64,000 nt of DNA, from positions 1-64,000 of the IMG/VR virus record IMGVR_UViG_3300022842_000007, one strand, 5' to 3'. Shown here piece by piece: positions 54,619 to 64,000 of this stretch. The notes under the pieces are model-generated. The model worked only from the letters and a program-made list of their open reading frames with translations, was not told the origin of the DNA and made no database searches. Made by a program: the position numbers and the translations under genes. This DNA comes from a virus. Numbering within the stretch: position 1 is the first letter of the stretch; every line of letters begins with the position of its first letter.

Positions 54619-56883
54619 ATGGCTATTATTCAAATCTCTAAACTTCAACAACGAGCAGGTAACCTGGTTGACTTACCTCAACTAGTGGAAGCAGAAATGG
54701 CCTGGGCATCTGATGCCAGAAGACTTTTCATTGGTAAAACAGTTAGCGGCTTAGAGAATGTTGAAGTATTAACCTCGTATTCTGCTATTACTTTTAGTCA
54801 AATTGACGGCGCAGTCGGAAATCTAAACATCTCAAATACAGTGGCTGATGGCCAAGTACTTGCATACGATGGTACTAATTGGGTCAACAAGGGTGGAACT
54901 GTTGGTGGCACAGTCGATCTAGGTGCAGTAGGTAATGTATCAATCGCAGGTGGATCAACTGGTTATGTCTTAGAAACTGATGGTCTTGGTAATCTTACGT
55001 GGTCTTCAAAAGGCACAGAAACTGCATTCATTCAATCAATTTCACAAGCAAATCCAGGTTTAGTCACGACTGCTGATAACAGTTCACTAGTCTCGGGTGC
55101 GGCAGTCACGATTACTAACTGTCCAGGAATGACTGAGGTCAACGGTGGCACATATTATGCAAACGTGCAGACATCAAATACATTTACACTTTACTCTGAT
55201 CTAGCGTTATCTACTGCGGTGGATACATCTGGATTTACTGCCTACTCGAACACATCAATGACTGCGACTTCTACTGCTACTAATATTATCACAGTCGGTG
55301 ATGCGACATTGTTTGCCCTGAATATACCAGCAAGATTTGTCGGTGATGTCAGCGGAACAAACCTAGATAACGCGAATACTTTTTATATTAAAACAGCATC
55401 AGGTACTTCTGTCACAGTTTCAGACGAATTGTTAGCTAACGGAGTTGCTGGTAGTGTATTTGCATTACAGACGGTCTCTGGTCTTTCTGTTAGCATGTAT
55501 GGAACGGGCGGTAGATTAGTATCTCCATTAGGTGGCGCAACTAGCGCGGCAAGTGCAGGGTCATCAACAAATACACAAGTTTTGTACAATGACACAAATT
55601 TAATACAAGGCGATGCAGACTTTACATACGACTCTACTGGAGCCGGATTGTTAACATTAACTGGCAACGCTAATGTTGGTAACTTGAACAGCACTGGTTC
55701 AGTTACATCATCAAGACTTTTTTCAAACGTAGCAACAGGTACAACTCCAATTGTTGTCACATCTACCACACGAGTAGCAAATTTAAACGTATCAAATTCA
55801 CTTGTCTCAGGTACGGTATATACAGCGGCACAGCCGGCAATTACTTCTGTTGGTACACTAGTATCGTTAGCAGTAACAGGAAATATTACTTCGGGTAATG
55901 TAGCAGGTACAGGTGGAGTATTCACGTATGTCTCGGGAGATGGAGCAAACTTAACTGCTTTGTCTGGCGCAAATGTAACTGGTGAAGTGCCGTTCGCGGA
56001 TACAGCAAACGCAGTAGCAGGAGCTAATGTATCAGGCGCAGTAAGTTTCGCAACTACAGCAAACAATGTAGCAGGAGCAAACGTCTCTGGTGAAGTTGAT
56101 TTTGCACAAGTAGCAAACGCAGTAGCAGGAGCAAATGTATCAGGTGCTGTCGCATTAGCAACAAGTGCTACATCTGCAAATGCAGTAGCTGGAGCTAACG
56201 TCTCTGGTACTGTTCCTTCAGCAACTCTAGCAACTTTTGCAACAACAGCAAACGCAGTAGCAGGTGGTAACGTATCAGGTACAGTTGCTTTGGCAACAAC
56301 AGCAGGCTCTGTAACAACTGCGGCACAAGGAAATATCACATCAGTCGGTGCACTTACTTCACTCACTGTCAGTGGAGCATTGAATGTATTAGCTGGTACA
56401 TTACAAGCAGACACATTAACAACAGGTGCATCAGGCACTGCGGGTTCGATCACGGGTAACTGGACATTGACATCAGGCTCACGCCTTACTGCAACATATG
56501 CGGATTTGGCTGAGTACTATGAAGGTGATAGTGAATACGAATCTGGGCAAGTTTTAGATTTCGGTGGCGAAAAAGAAGTTCATCTTTCTGCTACTGAATG
56601 CAGTCAACGAGTAGCTGGTATTGTTACCACTTCACCAGCATATGTCATGAACGACGATTGTCCAGGACTTAAAGTTGCGGTTGCTCTACAAGGGCGAGTA
56701 CCGACTAAAGTAACAGGCAAATGTGAGAAAGGAGACATGATGGTCTCTGATGGTGCAGGACATGCAACTGCTTGGTACAATGTAGTAACCAGTATGCAAC
56801 CAGGTGTTGTTATAGGTAAAGCAATTCAAGCACGTACGGACACTGATCTTGGTATTATAGAAATAGCAGTCGGCCGACTCTAG
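54619..56883 (+). CDS. Tail fibre-like structural protein with a C-terminal chaperone/autocleavage-like domain
   Basis: Late promoter; LPQL...W..D.RRLFIG N-terminus; ANAVAGANVSG repeats; C-terminal YADLAEYY...GRVP.KV...GKA. Confidence 0.75.
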   Translation: MAIIQISKLQQRAGNLVDLPQLVEAEMAWASDARRLFIGKTVSGLENVEVLTSYSAITFSQIDGAVGNLNISNTVADGQVLAYDGTNWVNKGGTVGGTVDLGAVGNVSIAGGSTGYVLETDGLGNLTWSSKGTETAFIQSISQANPGLVTTADNSSLVSGAAVTITNCPGMTEVNGGTYYANVQTSNTFTLYSDLALSTAVDTSGFTAYSNTSMTATSTATNIITVGDATLFALNIPARFVGDVSGTNLDNANTFYIKTASGTSVTVSDELLANGVAGSVFALQTVSGLSVSMYGTGGRLVSPLGGATSAASAGSSTNTQVLYNDTNLIQGDADFTYDSTGAGLLTLTGNANVGNLNSTGSVTSSRLFSNVATGTTPIVVTSTTRVANLNVSNSLVSGTVYTAAQPAITSVGTLVSLAVTGNITSGNVAGTGGVFTYVSGDGANLTALSGANVTGEVPFADTANAVAGANVSGAVSFATTANNVAGANVSGEVDFAQVANAVAGANVSGAVALATSATSANAVAGANVSGTVPSATLATFATTANAVAGGNVSGTVALATTAGSVTTAAQGNITSVGALTSLTVSGALNVLAGTLQADTLTTGASGTAGSITGNWTLTSGSRLTATYADLAEYYEGDSEYESGQVLDFGGEKEVHLSATECSQRVAGIVTTSPAYVMNDDCPGLKVAVALQGRVPTKVTGKCEKGDMMVSDGAGHATAWYNVVTSMQPGVVIGKAIQARTDTDLGIIEIAVGRL
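55960..56300 (+). repeat. Six 17-23-aa (A)NAVAGANVSG(A/E/T)V coding repeats
   Basis: Visible in protein and DNA (gcaaacgcagtagcagg recurs); boundaries approximate. Confidence 0.85.
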
Positions 56884-56923
56884 TACAAATAGCTAAAATC
56901 TCAAACTAATCATAAATACATTT

Positions 56924-57000
56924 GATTGTTCTCGTTTATTCGAAAACTCAAATAAACAATCTCATGCGGGTTTGCCCCCGAACGTGCGACCTAGAACGTC
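56924..57000 (+). ncRNA. Candidate structured 5' leader RNA with pseudoknot
   Basis: Lies between TAAATA (56913) and the SD; three stems; bulged GTTCT is complementary to loop AGAAC. Confidence 0.45.
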
Positions 57001-57029
57001 TCAAACTCAAATCTTAGGAGAAAAACAAA

Positions 57030-58823
57030 ATGGCAAATCGATTAAAAATCACAAAAGCTACCAAAACGTTTAGTATTACTGGTATCGGCGCATCAACAGC
57101 CGCTGGCACTAATAGACAAGCGATTATCACAGTAGCCGCAGGCGGATTAAAACCTGCAACTAAAACTATGACAAATTCAGACCTTCAAGTTGGCGACAAA
57201 TTCTTAGTTGCAACTACTCAAAATGGACTAACAGCAGGTACTACTTACTATGTAGGTGAAGTACTTTCTGACACAACATTCGTACCCTTTCGATTATCAC
57301 CAGATGATATGCAACCAGCAGCCGGCACAACAAGTCCACAATGGCCAGGTGGCGGATCACCTGTTACTACTGCAAGTGGCGCAATAGCAGTAGCTACTAC
57401 AGTAGCAATATCAGGTAGTGGATACCCGACGCCTAGCAACGCAACAGGCCCTCAAATGGGTGTAGTTGGTGGAGACACATCATTATTTGGTTCACAACTT
57501 ACAGTGACTTCGGCCATTGCTGTAGCGGCTCCAGGCAGGTATTGGTTCGATGCCGCGTCAGCAGACGTATTCGGTGACAAAGACGCAGACTTTGCAACTA
57601 ATGCAACAGTAGGCGAGCAATTGTCAAAAAGCTTTACACAAGATAATGTTCCATTTGTAGTAGGTGATCTTATTGTTGGATATTCATACATTATTAGTAA
57701 CGCAGGCACTACAGACTTTACAGGAATTGGTGCAGAAAACAACAATCATGGTACAGTCTTTGTAGCAACTGGTGTTGGCGCAGGTACAGGTACAGTACTT
57801 TATTCAGGTTCTGGTTCTCTTAACTTAGAATTAGGAACAGTGGGTTCTGTAGATGTAGTAGCAACAAACACTGCAAGTTCTTCAGCAGGCACAGGTTTAA
57901 TTACATGCGCTTCGACTGCGGATTTTGATCTATTTGCTCCTATCTGGTTTACAGCAACTATCGGTGGACTAACAGCAAACACAACATACTTTGTTTTAAC
58001 AATCCCAAGTGCGACTACATTCAGTGTCTCAGCAACTAGAAATGGAGCAGGATTAGCACTATCTACTACAACTGTAACAACTCCCGCTAACATAGAAAAA
58101 TTAACTCTAGGCGCTGTTTCTAATCTTACAGCATACGACGAGGCTTCAATCTATGGCGCAAACGATGATGCGGATTCTTTCATTCTACGTCAAAAAGGCA
58201 AAAGAAAATACTTAGTACAGAATTCAGCAGGTAACTCAGGAATTTGTACATTAGTTGACGGTGCTGGAGCAACATTGAATGCAAATGAAATGAGTATTTC
58301 AGGTACATACAGAGCATCAACAGGTAATGCTGGTGGACTTGCGGGTGTTACATCCTTTGCACAATCAATCTCTGATGTTAATGGATTGCCATTCACTAAT
58401 GCTGAAGGCACTACAGTTACTGCCGCATATAACCCAGGCATGCAAGCAACATTCGTAGCGGCACCAGCGGCTATTGCTTACCCGGCAATTGTTTCGGGTA
58501 CTAGATACGCAGTTATTTCAGATGGCACTACTACAGCGGCATTACTAACAGCAGTTGGTTCAACAAGTGTTGCGGCCGCGACAGGATATACAATAGGAAA
58601 GTCTTACATCATTACAACGGCAGGCACTACAGACTTTACACTTATCGGTGCTGATGATAGTGTAGTAGGTACTATCTTTACTGCAACTGGTGTAGGCTCA
58701 GGTACAGGTTTTGCAAGTGACGCGATCTTTACAGCGACTAATGCCGGAACTGGTGCAACGACAGGTACATTCCAACAGTACTCTCAGACTGGTTCTAACA
58801 AGCCAATTATTGCATTTGCATAA
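57030..58823 (+). CDS. Ala/Thr/Gly-rich modular virion structural protein
   Basis: TAGGAG SD; two GLTAxTTY(Y/F)V modules; FILRQKGKRKYLV...GICTL; GTTDFT modules. Confidence 0.75.
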   Translation: MANRLKITKATKTFSITGIGASTAAGTNRQAIITVAAGGLKPATKTMTNSDLQVGDKFLVATTQNGLTAGTTYYVGEVLSDTTFVPFRLSPDDMQPAAGTTSPQWPGGGSPVTTASGAIAVATTVAISGSGYPTPSNATGPQMGVVGGDTSLFGSQLTVTSAIAVAAPGRYWFDAASADVFGDKDADFATNATVGEQLSKSFTQDNVPFVVGDLIVGYSYIISNAGTTDFTGIGAENNNHGTVFVATGVGAGTGTVLYSGSGSLNLELGTVGSVDVVATNTASSSAGTGLITCASTADFDLFAPIWFTATIGGLTANTTYFVLTIPSATTFSVSATRNGAGLALSTTTVTTPANIEKLTLGAVSNLTAYDEASIYGANDDADSFILRQKGKRKYLVQNSAGNSGICTLVDGAGATLNANEMSISGTYRASTGNAGGLAGVTSFAQSISDVNGLPFTNAEGTTVTAAYNPGMQATFVAAPAAIAYPAIVSGTRYAVISDGTTTAALLTAVGSTSVAAATGYTIGKSYIITTAGTTDFTLIGADDSVVGTIFTATGVGSGTGFASDAIFTATNAGTGATTGTFQQYSQTGSNKPIIAFA

Positions 58824-58849
58824 TCTAACAACTTAAAGGGAATTAGGTA

Positions 58850-59176
58850 ATGGCACAAAATAATGCACAGAGAGTAGGAGCGAATGAATCTAGCATCGCA
58901 GTCCTCCAAGTTGAATTCAGAAATTTGGATTCTAAATTTGATACATCTTTAGCTGATGTGAGAGCAGACGTTAAAGAAGTATCAGAAAAAATAGACAAGT
59001 ACAGTGAAAGTACGCTTCAGATACTGAAAGAGGTTCAATTAATAAACCTTAATTCTTATACTGAGATATCGAACAAAGTAGCAGGACTTGAAAAATGGAG
59101 ATGGATGATGATGGGTGCAGGTGTTGTACTTGGTGGGCTAGGATATTCAGGTATTGAATCTTTTATGTCACCCTAA
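58850..59176 (+). CDS. Coiled-coil protein with C-terminal transmembrane segment
   Basis: LEKWRWMMMGAGVVLGGLG. Confidence 0.7.
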   Translation: MAQNNAQRVGANESSIAVLQVEFRNLDSKFDTSLADVRADVKEVSEKIDKYSESTLQILKEVQLINLNSYTEISNKVAGLEKWRWMMMGAGVVLGGLGYSGIESFMSP

Positions 59177-59193
59177 CAAATGATATGACGTTT

Positions 59194-59223
59194 AAGAATG
59201 GGGACTTCGGTCCCCATTCTTTT
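59194..59223. terminator. Terminator between convergent genes, probably bidirectional
   Basis: AAGAATGGGGAC-TTCG-GTCCCCATTCTT. Confidence 0.9.
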
Positions 59224-59229
59224 GGATGT

Positions 59230-59643
59230 CTATAAGGAAGTTAATACTTTCATTTTTTCTACTACATTATCAATATTAATAGTGGAAAACAAGCCAGGAT
59301 GTAATGGTTTGGGATACATGTTGTTTCCTACCCAAGCGTAACCACAATGCTCATCGTTTAAGATAGGTGTAAATTCATTCTCTATTGCACAAAAGAATGT
59401 ATGATATGCAAATGTATTATTGACAAACTTTTGAATTGGTACTAATTTAAAATCATCAGACCAAATTTGAATTTCTTCGTTGCATTCTCTTTTTAACCCG
59501 ATAAGCAAAGTTTCGTTCTTTTCGATCTTGCCGCCTGGAATAGACCATGTAGGATTCTTGTTCTCATTTCTAAGTAGATATAAAAATCGATGAGTAGATT
59601 TACTGTAAAAAAAGATGCCAGCGGATTGATTAACAATGATCAT
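59230..59643 (-). CDS. NUDIX hydrolase
   Basis: GGKIEKNETLLIGLKRECNEEI Nudix box. Confidence 0.9.
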   Translation of the reverse strand: MIIVNQSAGIFFYSKSTHRFLYLLRNENKNPTWSIPGGKIEKNETLLIGLKRECNEEIQIWSDDFKLVPIQKFVNNTFAYHTFFCAIENEFTPILNDEHCGYAWVGNNMYPKPLHPGLFSTINIDNVVEKMKVLTSL

Positions 59644-59673
59644 ACAGTTATTTATTAGGTGAACAAAGGTGCC

Positions 59674-61272
59674 TTAAATAACTACGCTGTAATCACCTTC
59701 ACCATAGTAACCTTCGTAAGACTTCATCCATGCCGCCACCTTTGCTGGATGGTCAGGATCTTCTGGTGTTGCCGCCCATCTATATTGAATCTGTGTAGTT
59801 AGATTAGTTACGTAATCGACTTGATCTTCATTTACATTTGCATCATATGAAACAAACCATTTCGAAATATCTGCGTTGAATTGTAGAATATCATTTGCTT
59901 GTGCTGTAACAACATTATACACTGTACCGGTACCAGCTGGCTGTACATTATTCATCGTGAAGATAGTGCCGATTGTGTTTGTTGCCGCACTATACTGAGC
60001 AAAATTAGATGTACCTACACTAGCAATCATGTATTTTGATCCAGAGACCATAGCAGTTGCAATTATTGCTTGGGGTATTTCAGATTCTCCAGTGACACTT
60101 CCTATGATTGTCCCCCAAGAGGATGAATCACTTCCTATACTGTCTACTAACAAATATCTAACTCCGATTACTGGTCCTGGCAGACCGGCATTCGGTCCAG
60201 TGATCTGTGGATTAATAACACTGTTAACTGGTGTCAATGTGTTTGCCGGCAATGTATCTGGATCAACACTAAATATCAAGTATCTATCATCCAGCGGGTC
60301 AACTACTATTGTACCTACAATTTCATGGTCCATGTATGGATTTACTAGCCATATCTGAGAAATACCTGGACGATATGCTCCGTATACTTGTAATAGTGCA
60401 GTCCAAAAGATACTAGTATCTGGATTGACTGGTGCATCTAATGAATCATTGGGTACTAAGGCAGTTGTTTCGTTCTGTGGCAGTAACTGCAATGAGTTGC
60501 CTATAAACAATAACTGATAACCGTACGGTGATACTTTCTGTCTAGTTCCCATAAGCAAGTCATCGTTATCCATATCTTCAATTGTCTTGCCGTCAAAAAT
60601 AGAAGCAATAACTTTGTTAATGACACCATACTTTCTAAGTTTTGCCGATGTTGTCAACCATATGGGTATGTAAAATTTCCAGGACATCACATCGATTGGA
60701 TTTCCTGTGCCTTGCGGAATACTACGAGATGAGAATGTTAACCCATCTTGATAAACGACTGACAATGAAGTCCAATCTACAAAATTATCGGTGCTTTGAA
60801 TTTCTAAACTTGGATTGAATAATGTTCCTAACTGTTCAATTATTTCTAGTTTTTGCTGATAGTTAGTTGTCCAAATATCAACTTGTACTCTCAATGTATA
60901 CGGTACCGGCATTAGTTTCTCAACAGTGAATGCCTGACCCTGTGTTGTCTCGTAAGAGCCAGTAGCACTGTCAAACGATCTTTGTCTTATGTTTTGTTTC
61001 TCTACGAAATAAGGCTCTTGTGTGCGTTTCTGATCATATTCGAGTCCATTAATAAAATATGTCATTAGTGGAGCCGAAGGCAGATTGCTTGCAGAATTAT
61101 TCGCCATAATAGTAGCAGCCTGCCTACTCGCATCACCATATTGAACTGGTACACGCCGTAAGATGAGATTACCGTTTGGATCCTTTCCGTTAGAAACATA
61201 CCATTCACTAAAGATTTTTTGAAACTGTAATAAAAATCTTCTTATCTGATTATCGTAAAAATATTGTGCCAT
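59674..61272 (-). CDS. Tail sheath stabiliser/terminator (T4 gp15-like) with C-terminal extension
   Basis: YFYDNQIRRFLLQF, VPVQYG, MPVPY, EQLGTLFNP. Confidence 0.75.
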   Translation of the reverse strand: MAQYFYDNQIRRFLLQFQKIFSEWYVSNGKDPNGNLILRRVPVQYGDASRQAATIMANNSASNLPSAPLMTYFINGLEYDQKRTQEPYFVEKQNIRQRSFDSATGSYETTQGQAFTVEKLMPVPYTLRVQVDIWTTNYQQKLEIIEQLGTLFNPSLEIQSTDNFVDWTSLSVVYQDGLTFSSRSIPQGTGNPIDVMSWKFYIPIWLTTSAKLRKYGVINKVIASIFDGKTIEDMDNDDLLMGTRQKVSPYGYQLLFIGNSLQLLPQNETTALVPNDSLDAPVNPDTSIFWTALLQVYGAYRPGISQIWLVNPYMDHEIVGTIVVDPLDDRYLIFSVDPDTLPANTLTPVNSVINPQITGPNAGLPGPVIGVRYLLVDSIGSDSSSWGTIIGSVTGESEIPQAIIATAMVSGSKYMIASVGTSNFAQYSAATNTIGTIFTMNNVQPAGTGTVYNVVTAQANDILQFNADISKWFVSYDANVNEDQVDYVTNLTTQIQYRWAATPEDPDHPAKVAAWMKSYEGYYGEGDYSVVI

Positions 61273-63020
61273 TATGTTCCGTCACTTGGTGGATTGTCAT
61301 CTGGTGCTAAGTCTAAGAGTGAAGATAGCGGTTGTGCAGATGCTATGTTCCCTTCATCATTATTTATGTAAATATTATCATCGTTATTAATAAATCCAGA
61401 TTGCAATGATTTATCGACCGAGGTATAGCCTGTTTCAGTTCTAACATTCTCGTCCACTCTTAACCAGAGTGTTCCTGACCAACGATACAATACATTCGGT
61501 GAGTAATCGATTCGTAAGAAGTAATATCCTACTGTAGGTGATGATGGGAATGAGATTCCTGCACCAGTCGGCAAGCCATTAGGGGCAGTACCATCACCAG
61601 TTAAGTATCCTGATGTGTAACCAAATGACTTTGGCGTAGAACGAGCAATGAATTGGAATCTAGGATCACAATCTGCTCTATAGTCCATTGTGTTAGGACC
61701 ATATGGCTCAGTACCTGTGAAGCCTGACTGTTCAGGATCTTGGTCTGCCGTTGCATAAGTGTTATCAGCCGTACCATATGGACCAGTAACTGGTCCAGAA
61801 ATATTAACTGCTAATAATTTAGTACCTTCTAGTGCTCCTGAGCCTGTAGCAGACATCTCTGGTGCTTCAATCATTATCGATAAGCTTGCTTCTACGAATT
61901 TAGCAATCACCTGATCTAGGTCAATATCTTGACCCTTCATTTTAGACTGCATAACTTCAAGCACTTCTTTTGGTATCTTTATGCCAGTTGATGCGTTTCT
62001 ATAGTTAGCACTTTTCATCGTCACTACTTGGCCGGTTGCTGATAATGGTGAATTGCCTGGCATCCATGCTCGAACATCAGTCGGCGGTGCCGGTTGATTC
62101 TCTTTCTGAGACAAAACACCATTTGCTTCGTACAATCCATAAGTAGGGATAATGTAAAACTTCGAGGAGTCATATCCTGCTTTCGGTAGAATCCGATCTG
62201 CTTCTTTTAGTACAGCATCATTGATTCTAATATTTTCGTTGTAACGGCCTAATACATCTTTTAATGTATTAGATGCGTCTAGTTCCCAATATAGATCAGG
62301 GTCAGTTGCACCAGGTTTAGTACCAGCTGGTACTTCTTGCAATGATGTGTAATTTTTATCACCGAACGTAATTACATATCCAGGTGGATAATCTGATGTT
62401 ATATCCCAATCTCCTAGGTAGTTGTCGATGTCGGTTGGTTGTTCAAGGATATTAGAGAACTCTTGGCTATCAACCATTTTCTCACATTTAATACGCCAAA
62501 GATGCGGGTACCAATCAGACGCAAATCCTTCACTTGCGTAGTTCGAATCCGTAACTTGATAAAATCTTCTCAGTGCAGTTGGGAATGTCTCGTTAAGACC
62601 ATCGTAGTCAAGCAAGTGAGGTAACTCAATGACATCACCGACCATTAATTTTCTACCAACGATGTCAATCATATTATTGTAATGAATAGTTACAAAAATA
62701 GTATCATTACTTAAGAATAAACCGAATTGGCTCAGGTCAAAATCTAAGTTCTGTACATTATAATGACCACGTAATCTGTAAATATCTTTTGCATACTTTC
62801 TATCTCTGTTCTCTAGGAACAGTAAATCTTGTATGTTATTTGGGTTTAATGCATCATATTGTGGTTGACTGAAATCTGCTGAGGCACCTTGGTCCTCAGG
62901 ACCAAGATATTTGTGTACGAACAAGTCCGTACCGCCCACAGTCATTTGTTCAGAAATATTTCTGTCGAAAAAACGGTAGTCGTTTTGTTTTTCTTCTCTG
63001 TATAAACTGAGTCTAGGCAT
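61272..63020 (-). CDS. Neck/head-completion protein (T4 gp14-like)
   Basis: MPRLSLYRE..., QDLLFLENRDRKY, DLSQFGLFL, GDVIELPH; start reassigned to the ATG at 63020. Confidence 0.7.
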   Translation of the reverse strand: MPRLSLYREEKQNDYRFFDRNISEQMTVGGTDLFVHKYLGPEDQGASADFSQPQYDALNPNNIQDLLFLENRDRKYAKDIYRLRGHYNVQNLDFDLSQFGLFLSNDTIFVTIHYNNMIDIVGRKLMVGDVIELPHLLDYDGLNETFPTALRRFYQVTDSNYASEGFASDWYPHLWRIKCEKMVDSQEFSNILEQPTDIDNYLGDWDITSDYPPGYVITFGDKNYTSLQEVPAGTKPGATDPDLYWELDASNTLKDVLGRYNENIRINDAVLKEADRILPKAGYDSSKFYIIPTYGLYEANGVLSQKENQPAPPTDVRAWMPGNSPLSATGQVVTMKSANYRNASTGIKIPKEVLEVMQSKMKGQDIDLDQVIAKFVEASLSIMIEAPEMSATGSGALEGTKLLAVNISGPVTGPYGTADNTYATADQDPEQSGFTGTEPYGPNTMDYRADCDPRFQFIARSTPKSFGYTSGYLTGDGTAPNGLPTGAGISFPSSPTVGYYFLRIDYSPNVLYRWSGTLWLRVDENVRTETGYTSVDKSLQSGFINNDDNIYINNDEGNIASAQPLSSLLDLAPDDNPPSDGT

Positions 63021-63145
63021 ATATATATTTATCGTAAAGAATGCCAAGTACATATTCTGGGGAAAAAAGATATTGCTTTGTAAAAAAATATAACGTATAA
63101 TTCGCGAGATATATAAGTACGTATTAAAATTAGCAGAGGATACTA

Positions 63146-64000
63146 ATGGCAAAGAGAAAAGGAAAGCCGGTTTATTTTACCCCAGAACCGAAGTGGACAG
63201 ACTATCAATCTATCACCGACCCAGATGCACAAGCAAAAGCATATCAGGATTGTCAGTACTTTATTCGTACTGAGATCGCAGATAAGAAAAAAATTACAAT
63301 CATAAGAGCATGGATAAAAGAGGAATCTGGTTGGCCTGACAAAGATATTGAGGTCATTCTTCGAAATCCAGACTGGGCATTCAGTACTCAATCTGAAGCT
63401 GTCTTCTTCAAAACAAAAGTAGGCTATCTGCCACAAGCAAATAGAGATTATGTTGAAAAGCAAAGGCCCGATTGGGTAGAGCGCGGTTTGCAAATTAAAC
63501 AAGAAAAAGAAGAGAAGACCAGTGACAACCCGAATCGGCCCTCGATTCAAGACATTATGAATGACAAGTTACTTGAGGCTGGTGGGGAAATTGATGGTTT
63601 GATCGATGAATGGTTTAAAAATAAACGTAAACTAGATGTGCCCATGATACAATCGAGTATAATGAAATTTCTTAATCTTTACAGTCCTTTAGCACAACAT
63701 ATACCCAAATTAGTTTTGTTATATGAAAAAGAAAAGCTTGAGTTTATCGAAGTAATAAAAGGCAAAGACGACCAGTTAGTTGAGGGATATGAACATCTCA
63801 CTAAAACAAAATTAAAACAAAGTGTAATTCTTTATGATCACATCATAAGCACGTTAAATTCATATGCTACTCTCAAGATTCAATCTAGGACAAAACGCAA
63901 GACTAAGCCTATCTCTCCCGAGAAGGCTGTATCTAAGTTAAAATATTTAAAAGAATTCACCACTGATCAACTGAAGCTGAAAAGCGTCAAACCAACTGCA
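63146..64000 (+). CDS. Hypothetical protein running off the window end
   Basis: GAGGA SD then MAKRKGKPVYFTPEPKW...RPSIQDIM; upstream TATAAT; missing from the ORF track because no stop is reached. Confidence 0.75.
   Translation, partial: MAKRKGKPVYFTPEPKWTDYQSITDPDAQAKAYQDCQYFIRTEIADKKKITIIRAWIKEESGWPDKDIEVILRNPDWAFSTQSEAVFFKTKVGYLPQANRDYVEKQRPDWVERGLQIKQEKEEKTSDNPNRPSIQDIMNDKLLEAGGEIDGLIDEWFKNKRKLDVPMIQSSIMKFLNLYSPLAQHIPKLVLLYEKEKLEFIEVIKGKDDQLVEGYEHLTKTKLKQSVILYDHIISTLNSYATLKIQSRTKRKTKPISPEKAVSKLKYLKEFTTDQLKLKSVKPTA

Noticed and set aside
55383-56453. 356-aa minus-strand ORF
   Set aside because: Antisense shadow of the Ala/Thr/Gly-rich fibre gene; no SD or promoter, and the composition mirrors the sense codons.
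54619-58823. Possible diversity-generating retroelement in the fibre genes
   Set aside because: No reverse transcriptase in the window, and the repeats do not show adenine-specific template/variable differences.
63021-63152. N-terminal extension of the neck-protein ORF given in the track
   Set aside because: This is a divergent promoter region; TAAATA-N5-ATG supports a start at 63020.
5874-63550. Numerous 60-135-aa overlapping or antisense ORFs in the track (e.g. 27266, 28469, 33208, 46856, 60029, 63143)
   Set aside because: They lie largely or wholly within well-supported genes and show no motifs.
1-64000. Stop-codon reassignment as seen in some jumbo phages
   Set aside because: Conserved genes are full length in code 11, and TAA, TGA and TAG all end genes at sensible positions.

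Overview
This window is 64 kb of an AT-rich, gene-dense, mostly plus-strand genome of a large T4-related (myovirus/jumbo-type) dsDNA bacteriophage using the standard genetic code. Recognisable modules are: (1) a sugar-modification cluster with a DegT-like C-terminus, GT-like proteins, an SGNH-like protein, a NodU/CmcH carbamoyltransferase and a 1583-aa tandem-repeat protein, with an epimerase and a second DegT further on; (2) a circularly permuted two-piece tmRNA next to a Pol-beta-type nucleotidyltransferase; (3) sigma70-driven early genes with a MoxR AAA + VWA/metallopeptidase pair; (4) MazG-like and ThyX nucleotide genes; (5) holin, terminase and head-associated genes; (6) gp32/UvsX/UvsY/UvsW/primase/helicase replication genes, including a 194-aa miniature DnaE coupled to a 3'-5' exonuclease; (7) peptide deformylase, IscA and tail/neck structural genes. 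The most notable sequence-level signals are the permuted tmRNA, T4-like late promoters (TAAATA) placed 4-7 nt (mostly 5 nt) before ATG and so predicting leaderless mRNAs, a set of proteins with T4 capsid-targeting-like N-termini and repeated [ILV]-x-E protease sites (apparent packaged polyproteins, including two nucleotidyltransferase-fold enzymes), a pseudoknotted leader before a structural gene, and a ~45-aa module inserted in several structural proteins. All calls come from motif recognition by eye; no database searches were run.
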